Under the pieces are notes generated by a model. The model worked only from the letters and a program-made list of their open reading frames with translations, did no database searches and was not told the DNA's origin. Positions 1 through 12,100 of a stretch of DNA of 64,000 nucleotides are shown piece by piece. A program made the position numbers and the translations under genes. How positions within the stretch are numbered: position 1 is the first letter of the stretch; each line of letters begins with the position of its first letter. Origin of the DNA: Laetmonice hystrix (lineage: Eukaryota); contig OZ249451.1 of NCBI GenBank assembly GCA_965235115.1, positions 5,890,001 through 5,954,000 of the forward strand. Reading direction: 5' to 3'.

Positions 1-3
1 CAG

Positions 4-3000
4 ACTGGTTGATAAACCGGCGTCACTGCCAACAGCAATGGCAGGGGGCAGCACTTGAAATCCGTGAAAAGATCAATAATGCCATACAAGACATGCCGCC
101 TGTGGAAGAAATCACACAGCTTCTTCAAGGAACATGTAAGTTTAAGGGAGCAATCTTTTATATCCAGGCTCGTGAAAGTATACATGTATAAAAGAAATGA
201 AAGAATATCAAAGGGTACATTCTACTTTTAGTAAAGATGGCTTATGAGTTGGACCAATTGTAATTCAAGGGTAAATCTACAAGGGTACAATATAGACTGG
301 GAAAGTATATTTTTTCAAGACATCAACTATTAAAGAGATAATATTGTTAGCTAGAGATAATATTATTGTCGGCTCATATCTAATTTATCTCATTCTACAG
401 AAGTAATTTTCTTTGACATGATTTTTTTCTACCAACACAGATATCAATTACTTTCACTGTTTGCGTATCTTGGAACTTCTAAAGGATACAGAATCTGGAT
501 CAAAAAATATATTTGGAAGATATAGCTCACAGCGAATGAAGGTGAAGTATTTACATAAATAAGATTCCCCCTTTTAAGGTAGACAGTATTGAAATGAGAA
601 TTTGTCATACTCATAAACTAGTGTTTTGTGACCATGAGGCATTACTTCCAAGGATAGCTTTTCGAGTTAGAAATTAAAAGAAAAGTAGCATTAGAAACTG
701 AAGGTTAAGTGGAGAATAATTTGCTCGTGTCGCATATATTGTATCTCCTTTGTATATTGCAGGATTGGCAGGAAGTTGGCAAGTTGTATGAAAAAAATGG
801 TCTATACCTAGGTTAGTGTAAAAGGAAAGGAAATTTGGAATAACTTGAAAAGATTGGATATTGGAATTGAAAATTGTAATTTCAGCTTTGGGTGCCAAGG
901 AACTACCAGTTTGTCTCATCCCCTGAACCTCAATTGTGCTACATTTGTATTTAAAAACTGCCTGACTCCTGATCAGGCGTCATTCAAGGGATATGACTTT
1001 CAAGTAGTGATACCAAATATCTAAATTACAGAGCTTAACCTATTGCCATTAATTTTATTGTGTCTACGCTCCAGAACCTACCAGATATTGGTGTAAACAT
1101 GAAAAAAAGCTTGTTAATTCTAAAAATTGAACTGCATCAAATGTTTTTTTTCTTTCAGCGGAGGCAGCACAGCTGTTGATGAGGAATGTCAACTATGAAA
1201 TCCCATCTTTGAAAAGACAATTAAACAGATGTCAGCAAGCTCAAAAAGTTTGTATCTGGTAACAAGCTCCATTCTAATAAAGAGAATCTTAAACAGACCT
1301 TTACTTGAAGATATTAGGATATTACTTTATTAAACGTTTTGTAAGGAAAAAAATGCTAAATAATCTTGTTTATTTAGGAGCATTATAATCAAATTTTTTT
1401 ATGTAGAATTCAGGAAATTATACAAATCTCTGATTTGTAGGACTGCACACGGAAAGAGGGAGAATATTGTTCTAGTGCAAGTGAACTCCGAGAAAGATTT
1501 ACGTCATCTTGTAAAATGATGGGCATTGAGGTATTGTGAGATTATTATCATCTCGAAAAACTTTAGTACTGATATGCTTGAGAATAACTTTATAAGTTGG
1601 TTTTGGTATTTGTTATGAGGGACAGGTTCTGAAATATTTTTGTTTTAAATCCCCCATTGATTAAGGCAGACATTAACATGGATATATATATTCTGTACAC
1701 AGTAATTGCATCATCGGAGAGCTTTTTTTTTCATTCCTCTTTGTAGGGAAAGAAACCAAAAGTGGAGTTGTTGGCTCTTGTGAAGGACATGCCAGTGACC
1801 TTTGACCTTATAGGGAGACAAGCATCTGGACTGAGGCCATCAATAGACTACTACACCGGTTTCTTAGAATTCACCCTTCAAAGGTTAGCAGGTGTTTGTA
1901 GAGATTGTAAACTTAACGTAATACTGACAATATAAACTTGATACCCATAAAATTCAACTCTTTGAAAGGGGTGAGTTTTAATTATGCCTCTCTTGTTACC
2001 ATAGCAACCATTGGCAAAATTTCAGCCATTGTTGTTCAAGTCTCATGATGTAGCCATAGTTTTACCTTTTCAAAAGACTAGTTTTTTGTTTATTTGTTCT
2101 TTTTGAAAAAATCTTTTTCCACACATGTGTATCCTTGTCAGAAATGATGTAAAAGGTTCACGACATTCTTTGTTTCCCACAGAAAAGATTTGACTTCTGA
2201 ATGCATACCACTATTGAGATTCATCAGTACCCATGGCAACACCACAACATACGAGTACAGGACTGGGAAGGCTCCAACATCTATTGTCGAACCAACCTTG
2301 AACTTGAGCATGGATGATACTGACATAGTAGAAAACGCTGCTGAGGTAAAAATCAAGACATGCTGGACCTATCATTTAACTTCATTGCCAGGTTTTTAGT
2401 GAGTTTCACATGACTAAAGCATCATAGCAAATGTTTCTATATTGTTTGATTTCTAAATGCCACTCCTCAATGTAAAAGTACCCAGCCGTCCCAGGAATTG
2501 AAGTATTTTGATGCTGTTATAGATTGACTGGGGTGACTCTGGGTCAGAGAGTATTGACTTTGGCATCAGTGCCGAAGACAGCGGAGATGGGATTGATTAT
2601 GGAGAAGTCGATGCTGGAGGCGATATTGACTGGGGTAAAGAGATCGAGACAATGCCAGACGACATGGGGGTCGTTGTCATCGAACCTGAATCCTCATTAA
2701 AAGGTGTGTCACATCATCGTTAGTTTGTTTTGTTTCCCAAGCCAAATGATATTAATGAAAAGTGGCTATCAAGGTTATAGTCAAGGGTTTGATTACTGAT
2801 ATTGAGCTTTGAAAGTAAGATTTAAAAATATATTCAGTGTAAAGCAGAAGACTTACTATAACATTGGTAATCATCTCAAGTAAAAATCTTATTTGAATAA
2901 GTATTAGTAAAATTTGAAGCCTGAGGAAAATTCTAGATTGTTGGAAGTCTTTTTGTTTAAAATTACTGAATTGTAACAGACACTGATGACGGCGTTGCTC

Positions 3001-4486
3001 GTGGCAACGATGCCTTGACAATCCTTGACAACCCAACACTGAGGAGCATGTTCCTAGATGAGCTCATGGAGGTGAGAAAATGGACTTCAGCATGTTCGAC
3101 TATATCAAATACTTTTTGTGAACTGAGTTACATATATCAGCAATGTTCTGCCACTGAAACTGTTACTGTTAAAAATATCAATGAGTTTGATTATATCATC
3201 ATTCCATACTTACAGTAGCCATTCCTATCTATATCTGAGAGTTAGTTTAAGAAAATGCCAGTGTCAGTTGCTTTCATTCAGATTGTGGTTGAAGCTTTAG
3301 GTAATTTTATATCTTGCCAATATTGTTACAGTGACACTTTGGCAACATTAAATACCTGTGGTATGATTAGTCTTAGAAAGATGGGTCTCTAAACAATACT
3401 TTTTTTTTCGTATCGGCCAGGTGGAGGCTTTCCTATTTCAACGTTTGTCGGAAATGCAAGCTGCTCCTGATGTCATAGTCAGCAGCCAACTTCAGGCCGC
3501 CCCCCAACAGCTCGACATGAGCGAGGATGACATTCAGACAAAACTGAAGGATGTACGAGACATCCTCTCTCAGTTCACGACAAAACGCATGAAGGATCTG
3601 CTGCACATTAGAAGCTCCCCAAGGTATGAAGTTCTGACACTGACACTAAAAGGTGTCAATATTATATAAAGACACATGCTAATAAATACAGTGTTATCCA
3701 GTCACCTTCAGAAATGCCAGGGAATACTCCAGTGTGCCTTATATTAACTGACTGAATGAGTCATAGGAGTCTGAACGTGGCAGGCTGTCCGTTATTGGGT
3801 TTTAAAGGGATTTAGAAAGTATGCAGATAAACAAAGCCCAAAACAACTAGTCGTGTCTCAATAATAGCTCAGATGTGTATGAATTCGATGACCAAGGTGC
3901 AGTCCAGTATAAGAATATAATTGTGTCAATGTATCTATAAGCACAATGACAGCAATTATAAACCAATGTCTGACTGTTTTATTGTATGTCGTACAGACAT
4001 GTGGAACGCCTGGCTGGCTCGCTCAGTAAGAACCTTGATGATGCTGAAAAGATGATGGCGAGATCACGTCTGATGGCCACCAGACGGAGCGAGGCGCTAG
4101 AGGAGGAGAAGGGACTGGAGCCAACGTTAGATCTCATCAAAAAACGGACAATAGAGTTAAAACAACAGGTGAATACTCTACTATACCTGTACACTGCCAG
4201 CCTTTCTGAGGGCCTTTCATACTAAATTAGATTATTTTTCATTATCGTCACTTTTCTATGATTTCATAATCATTTGTGGCTTTCATTAATTCCTGCATTT
4301 TTAATTTTCCATTCCACGGTCTTACAAAATATTGTTAGTTAAGTCCTGTGTTTATGCAACTGTACTTTCCACAAAATTGAAAAATAATAAAATGAACCTT
4401 TTTTGACTTTGCAGATTGAAGGTGAAATTTCCAAGAAATACAAGGATCGCAGAGTGAATATAATGGGAGAAATCAATACAATATAA
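4..4486 (+). CDS. CDK5RAP3: CDK5 regulatory subunit-associated protein 3 (C53, UFM1-pathway/ER-phagy adaptor); 5' part lies outside the window
   Basis: 12 phase-consistent GT-AG exons: 4-135, 441-541, 763-811, 1159-1247, 1441-1530, 1747-1883, 2183-2345, 2523-2703, 2980-3071, 3421-3623, 3997-4168, 4415-4486 (TAA). Translation includes DWLINRRHC...IREKINNAIQDMP, YINYFHCLRILELLK...KNIFGRYSSQRMKDWQE, RNVNYEIPSLK, IDWG motifs and EISKKYKDRRVNIMG, matching CDK5RAP3 as I recall it. Confidence 0.97.
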
Positions 4487-5209
4487 TCGAGGTTCACAAT
4501 CATCGGAATGGGAAGCTGTAGTATTACATATGTTAAAATATATAGGCTGCATAAAAAACTGTATGGGCATTTTACACACGCGACCCCAAATATGTATTCT
4601 TTTTACATGTATGCTAATGTTTACTGCAGAAAATGTGGTGTTTTAATGTATGTGATTATGTACCTGTATAATTTTTGTAATGTCCTTTAAGGCATTGATA
4701 CGTGGATATGGGGCTTTGCAATGATAAATCATTATAGGTGGACAGGTAGCAATACCTATCACACTACTCGAATATATTATAATATACTGACACTTTCAAA
4801 CCAGTTCAATAGGACTATACACAGTGACTGGGGAGTGAGAAATATATCAATACAGATCGACCAAATGACACTAAGGGATGAACATGGATACTACGCTACT
4901 GTACTTTAAAATCATTCCAGATACCGGTATCATTTTGTTATGAAAATTAATGTGAATGGAAGAAGTGACAAGTTTGACGCTGACAAGTGCTGGGGTGTCG
5001 AAAGCTATTGATAGTTGGCCGGGGAGGGGGGGGGGGCAAGCTGAGGGGAAGCCTATGCCTTGACGATATAGTCCATATAGATCTATGTACCCTGATATAG
5101 GGGTGGATCTATTCCCCGGTATGTACCCCCCCCCCCCCACCCTTTTCGGACACCCTTGAGTGTAGCCTACACTTATTTGTGAATACCTGGTATGGTATGC
5201 CAATTCAGA

Positions 5210-5215
5210 AATAAA
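5210..5215 (+). terminator. Candidate polyadenylation signal of CDK5RAP3
   Basis: AATAAA about 720 nt after the stop codon, followed by a T/G-rich stretch. Confidence 0.4.
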
Positions 5216-5730
5216 GTTGTTGACATGTTCTCTTTGCTTTTGTTTATTTTCTTACATGTTGAGTCATAGATCTATACAACCCAGGGTCAGTCTAGTTCTA
5301 TACTTGATTAAATAAATTAGAAAGGTCTTGATTAAAAGCAGATCGTATATAGATATGCTCTGAATTTGGAGATATTTATGCGTGATATATTTAATTAACT
5401 TTAGGGGAGGAAACTCGACTTGATTTGATGATATGACCATCTGAGTCGTCAGGTTTTTTATTCTTCTAGTGTTAGGCCTAGTTCTCGCCTTTTTCTTCGC
5501 CCCTTCCCCTGTTAATTTTATCGTTTGGAGGAAGGCATGATCTCCCAACATTCCCTTATCACCGTCCTTATGAACGTCACAGTCCTGTAAGCCTGGCAAT
5601 AAATACATAAATTTCTTGACCCAGCTGTGAAAGGTGTGGTTCTGAGTGTTTTACACAGTACCGGACGGTGGCTCCCCCTGTGTGTGATTGCAGTCTGACA
5701 TTCCACGTTTTGTCCCCACCACGCACATTT

Positions 5731-5740
5731 CCGCCATCTT
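5731..5740 (+). promoter_or_regulatory. YY1-type motif in the CpG-richer promoter/leader of the TFCP2-like gene
   Basis: CCGCCATCTT matches the YY1 consensus CCGCCATNTT, about 390 nt upstream of the first in-frame ATG. Confidence 0.4.
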
Positions 5741-6122
5741 GCACATTGTGTGTTGTTTACGTCGAGAAAGGAATTACAGGGACATCAACAATTTCGCCCA
5801 TTGCTCGAAGACAGGGCACGTCGGGTCTGGAGAGTCGGTTTAAGATGAGTTCGGGGGTTGTCCCCTTTTATCAGGGGCACACAGGGGTGGTGTGAGAGGC
5901 GTGGATGGTGAGGAGGAGGGCGTAGTTTCCATCGTCCGTGGAGCGTCAGCGAGGACCGACCGACTGTCCGTCCTTCACCCCCCGGCAGGCCGCAGCCCGC
6001 CCGCCCGCCGCCGGGGCCTGTGTCGCAGCAGCAGCAGCAGAGTGGCATCTCATCCTCATCCTCATCCTCCCCTACCGTCAATCATACCCCAACACGACCA
6101 TCACCAAACACAACATTCGGGC

Positions 6123-9100
6123 ATGTCCGATCTGTCGTTTTCGCTAGCGTCTCCTCAGAATCTTAAGTCCTACTTCACCATGACGCACAGTCTATCCTCG
6201 TGGTTGAATAACATCAAGTCGGATGACATTGATGGTGGCTTGGCTGCTGACTTCGATGGTTCGCTGTCGGGGTTGGGCGTGGAGCTGGGGAGCTCTACCT
6301 ACAATATGAGGTTTGTAAACAACCCCCCCCCCCGACCCCACCAAAAAAAACACCAAAAAACAATAGATCTATTAAAACCCTTATGCCTTAAATTAATTAT
6401 TGCTTGAACTGAGTTGAAGATAACAAGTTTACAAAATAATATGAAAAAAATTGATCCAGACATGAAGAATTTTAATGAAACTGCTCTCATGGCCAGGAAA
6501 CAAAACGGCATGTTCGTGATAAAAATAAACAATACAGTAGTCGGTACAGGACTGGAGCATCATATGATGGCATATATGCCGAGACGCTACATCTTTTCCC
6601 TGCTGTGACTTGACCCAACTGCTCTGCCGAGCATTTTTGAGCTACATCCCTTTACGGAACATTAGTTGCAAACATTGCCCTAAGCTAAACTATATTAAAT
6701 TCATTTTAAGCTAAGAAGAACATTTGACAGTTGCATTAGATTTTCTGTGACAGTCTGAGCACAATTTACAGTCCCTGGTCTAAACTCTACATGTTAATTA
6801 TTTGCACACCAAAAAATGAATTTGCTTATAAAAATTCAGTGGTTACCACAAAAAACAAATAAGTTGGAACTAACGAAGCTAGAGGAGGCCCTGAAATTTA
6901 GCTGAATGTCTGTTAAGTTTAATCATAGATCAACAGTCAAAGTGTAGTGTATGAGGGGAAAATACTTTAGGCAAAATTTATTTTGTGTGCATACCTGACA
7001 CTGACAGTAGATCAAGATATACGACAGGCATTTAATAAAGGTCAGTTCAAGTCTTTCCATTAAAAGGAATTGCAATATGTGGTATAATATATTGTTCATT
7101 GTCCATCTTCTGGGTGCAGTGATAGGGTTTGTCCTTGAAGGGTCATTGTTGTAAAGTCGAGGTGATGACACCAAGCCATGTGACTTGCTGTGGTTTGAAC
7201 TTTCCCGAGTTGTAGGCCGACTGATGGTCGCCTTAACCCTGGTGGTTTGTCCTGTAAGTGGTTTCTGATAACTTTATCACTACTGTCAACATAGGCACAG
7301 CTACGTCACCTTCTACCTACATGGTTGGTAAGATTCTGCATCAAAATGGAAATATTTGACCTTGATGTGGATAAGATAAGATAAGTACTGACTGATACTG
7401 ATAGCACATTCCTTTAAGTCTCTGTTTTCAGAAGACAGCTGCATTTAAAAAGATTTTTTTTAAACACTTTAAAAAGTCAATTGACACCCAAGGCTTGAAA
7501 TAAGTGGTATCGCATCGCAGTTTGCAATCCAGAATTCACGTTTTACAATACATAACAGATATAACAGATTTGAGGGCGGTAGGTTTTTTCTAATACAGTG
7601 AAGATATGTTGGTTTTATTTCTTACAGTGAAGCGCTGCTCGCTCTTCCGGTGTTCAAACAGGAAAGTCTCGAGGCAGGGTAGGTAGTGTGCAAAAGTTGA
7701 GTTTTGTAATGTCGCAACATTGAAAAAAGTCCGTAAAGAATCCTTCCCACTGCTGTAAACAGAGTTTGAACAATCTAGCATAAATTTCTGTTCATCTGAG
7801 ATTGCTTATGTAGAGTTCATGTAGAAGCTAAGATGTAAATCTTAGCTTGAAGTTAGTTTGAAGCACCAACATGTTTTTCAGAGATGAGTGTGAAAATGCT
7901 TGCCATTCTGACGATGTGCGTGCAACAACGCCGAGCGGCGAATCAACAACCTTCTCCGTTGAACTCATGCAGGGAGCGCTTGTCGTCAGTTCTGAAAACA
8001 ATAGGTTTGTATGAAGAATTCTTGTTTCCTTTGTTTTTTCGATAACTGAATATAATTAGCTTTTGGCCAATAGTAAGAATGAGACAGTAAAGTGACAACT
8101 GACTGAAGTTATTGCAACATGAACTGTTGCAGCAGTCTTCTTTCACTTTTTTTACAGCAAAGGCTGTGAATATATTGGCATGTATGAACCACAGTACATA
8201 TTTCAGAGCTGGTGTGTCCATATGTGTTATGTTTGATATAAATCATTTTTATTGAAAAGACTCATGAGGGGCATTAAGCCTGCTGTACACTCACGACTTT
8301 GTCCAACTTTGAGTTGGGAACCAGTTAGGAGGGCACACCAAAATCGTAGCCAATTAAAAAAATAAATGAGGAACCAAGCAGCTTGGCTGCAGTTAACCAA
8401 AATCAGGAGTGTGCTTGCTTTCTGATTATGGCCAACTGTTGTCGGCTTTCTTGGGCCCTTATAGTCAGTTGGGAGAGTGCCTGGCAGTCAGTCAGGAGTT
8501 TGGCGAAGTCGTGAGTGTTTTACAGATGCTGAATGGAACAGCAACAAGTAGGAAAAGTGTGAAAGTGTGACTTAAAGTAACATTATTGACCAAATGATTT
8601 ATAGCAAAGGTCACTCCTTGAAAAGGTGGACTGTTAAAAAAGGAAGTATCATGACTGAATCTACTGGGTATAATAATAACAAATAGAATGCATATCAGCA
8701 GGGGTCTTCAGTTTTATATTAGGGTTACAAATACCTAACTCTCACGAATTATTCTACAAATTATCCCACCCAATTCTTTCTCATTATCCATAAAGGTATC
8801 TGGTTTGAGTTTTAAAAATATCAGGAAGTATAATATCAATGATTGGCACTACTGCCATCCAATCATCCGTGAGGTAAGTGGTGAGGTATGTCAGGGTTGA
8901 GAACAGTACAATATACAATCAAGGTAACGTTAAACTCGTATCAGGGTGATCAGAGGCAGAATCAACACGAGAGCTTCTCTTATGCACTGCAATGCTATAA
9001 AGAATGCACCTTACCAAAATGCTCTGCTCTCAACAGGAATTTTTTTTGTAATTTTTTTTATCTTGATTTGTATGAAATCTTGCAGTAAATTTTTATTTCT

Positions 9101-12100
9101 CAATTATACTCTGCCTAAACTTAAAATTAAAATTGCAAGAAAATAGAGCACAGAAATTGGTCATCAGCATCCGGCAGATGTTATGCTTCTAGTTCCTATG
9201 CAGGTTTACTATTATGTAGCATCAAAACTGTCTCAACTAGCACATATTTATTAGAGCTATGCAAGCATATATAGCTAAAAATCTGTCTGAATGTAACACA
9301 CGTAATGGGAGAATGGCCCTGCAGAAAGTGTTCTTTCTCACTGATCAAATCCTGTATAAACTTGATGATTGGTATGGGATAAGTATACAAAGGATAAAAA
9401 TGCTGTGGGGGATGAGGAGGTCGTGGCCCAAGTTTCTTACTTGAACTTGAGTTGAAATTTACAGCTCAAGCTCCAGAGCTCCGTGAGATTGAGCAGTAAA
9501 TTTCACCAGCTCCACCAAGAAGTAGACCCTGATCCAATGCTGTATTTGACTCGCTGGTAGCACATGCTCTCCATATTTGCTGTTTGACAGTATGGATTAT
9601 GTAAACATAAGGGTGTGCCGTTGTGTCTTCTAGTCAAGCATCTATCAATAATAAAAAGTAGGTCAGCTTTGTTTTCAAACATAAAAGTAGCTATTGTGAT
9701 ACGGTATCAGATTCAGATAAGTATCAGGGCTTGGTTTCTTGGTAGAGATGAGTCAAATTCACAGCTAAAGCACATGTGCTGGTAGTTTCAGCAAAATTTG
9801 GCTGGTGAGTTTAAGCAGTAAATTTCAACTCAAGCTCTAGAAAGAAACCTAACGATAATACAGACTGAGTCTAAAATTAAGATGACTGTAATTGTGAGTA
9901 TGTTATAAAGTGAACAAGATGCTAGGTATGATTTTTTTATATAGCCATAGTATGATTTTGAGTGTTAAATCTAGCTCACCTTATTTGTAAAAATATGGCT
10001 GAAACAGCAATCCATGGAAAATGTTTTGCTTGAGCGTTATGTGGTTAATTTATTACTTACGATCCAGCATACAACATGATATGTGTAATAACCTTGAATT
10101 GAGATAAAGTGACTCCCAGGTAAAGGGTTGAATACTCTAAAAATGGTAAGTATAAAAATACCAATACGAGAAGGAAAAACAGTAGTGACATCGAGTACAA
10201 GATACAAATATACTAGAGTAATTCCTCAAATGTGGTGGAGGAAATACTGGAAATATAGTTCGCATAGATGCTTTGGTAAACATTGACACATTTTTAACTT
10301 GACCAAGATAATGGCCTGTGTTGATGTATAGATGAGAAGTAGTTAGTGGGCTTTTTAGATGTGGCAACCCAAAAATTGAAGTGACACAAGATATTTGAAC
10401 TTATTGTCGCTCATACAAAATCCTGCCTTTACTACAACGGAACTTAATTTTGGAACATCTCCCAAACTGTTATTAAAAGAACATTTTAGTATTTACATTT
10501 CTCAGGTTGATTTTCCGTCATCGTCGCTTGTTCAAGGCCAAGTGTCATGCGGCATATGATCGTGGTTGTTTTTCTCACTGATAGTCATAGCACACCTGAG
10601 AAAAAAGTTTGCTTTGAGGAGGTGTTATTAAGGACATGTTTTGCTCTTGCTCAGAGAGAGGGGTCAGAACACATATAATATCGGCGAACCTCATTGTGGC
10701 ATCAGTGAGGCAAGTGATTATACCTCGACGGCTGCCTGCTACGTAGCAAAACCCCAGCCCACAAGGTGAGACCAGAACAAGGCCCTGAAAATTAGCTCAG
10801 GCAGACACGCAATATGGTACGGATCAGTTGGGTCGCTAACTGGTACCTGAGGAACACAAGTGTGGGTTGAGTGCGAACGGAATGATGTCATTAGCCACGA
10901 TGGTTGATCACATATTTTATATGGTTTGGTCAGAAAAAGTGATGTGAAAATGTGATTGTGTTCCACCAGGAGACTTACCCCACAACTTGTTTGAGATTAG
11001 CTTGAGACTACTGTACTTGTGCCAGTCTGGACCAAACAACAAGAAAACTTCTGTAGTCATGAGCTAATTCCAAATAAAAGTCATGAGGCTCAGTCTTCTC
11101 GTAAAGCGGGCTGTTATTCAGTCCACTGTAGTATTTTTATGATGCACAAAAACTGCTAGTGCTAATAATAAAATTGGTACTGAATTTTCCAACTTTCTGC
11201 TGATGGATACACTTTTCCTGTATCAACAGCAGAGCAGTATTTGTACAATTGATAACTGGTATTGGGTTTTTTGAAAACCCATCTAAACAACTTAAATACC
11301 GGTACATGTATACCTGGTTATATTTTGATGTTCGGTCCATATGGTCTCAGTTGAAATTGCCAAAAAAGAAATACCAGAAATTGGTGATACTTTATGAATA
11401 CTACCGTTAAATATGTCTGTTAAATATAAACAAATCATAAGACACACTGGTGGATATTTGAGAGTTTGTATTTAGAGGAAGTTACTTGTTATTTTTTCTA
11501 ATTGTGTAACGAATCAATTGGACCATATTGTGACCCCTTTATTGCAATACCAAATGGTATATATATTATGAGAGAGTGTATCATTTAGCTCCCCCCTAAT
11601 GGGAAGTTACACATCCGAGTTGGAATATGTGACACAATGTTCAATGTTTTAACATCCCAGTACTTGTGTAGTATTTTTAAATCTTATGTGGTCCGAGAAA
11701 TTCAGACGCTGGGAAAGATGCAGTCTGTTGCTTGGTCATACAAGTTTATTCTTGAAACTCCCCAACCAGAATCTCAAGGGGCAATGACAACTTGGCTGCA
11801 GAATGAGCTGAAAATTTCAACTGGCAAGTAGCCTGGGACTATTTCTTTGGCAACACTTGTCCCTTTGACATGTACTCAGTACATTTACTAACCTGCGTTT
11901 ATAAGACAAGTCAAGTGTGATCTCAGGTACTGCACGTCATGCAAGAATTTCAAAGTTACTGGTTCAAGTTTATGTGTGAAAGTCCTGAACATACATCATG
12001 GAAATCTGTTTGCGGGTGAGATATCGGTATTTGTTGTAAAGAAATCTAGAGGCGGGAAAAGGGATCCAAGGTCATGTAAAGGGATCCAAGGTCATGTAAC

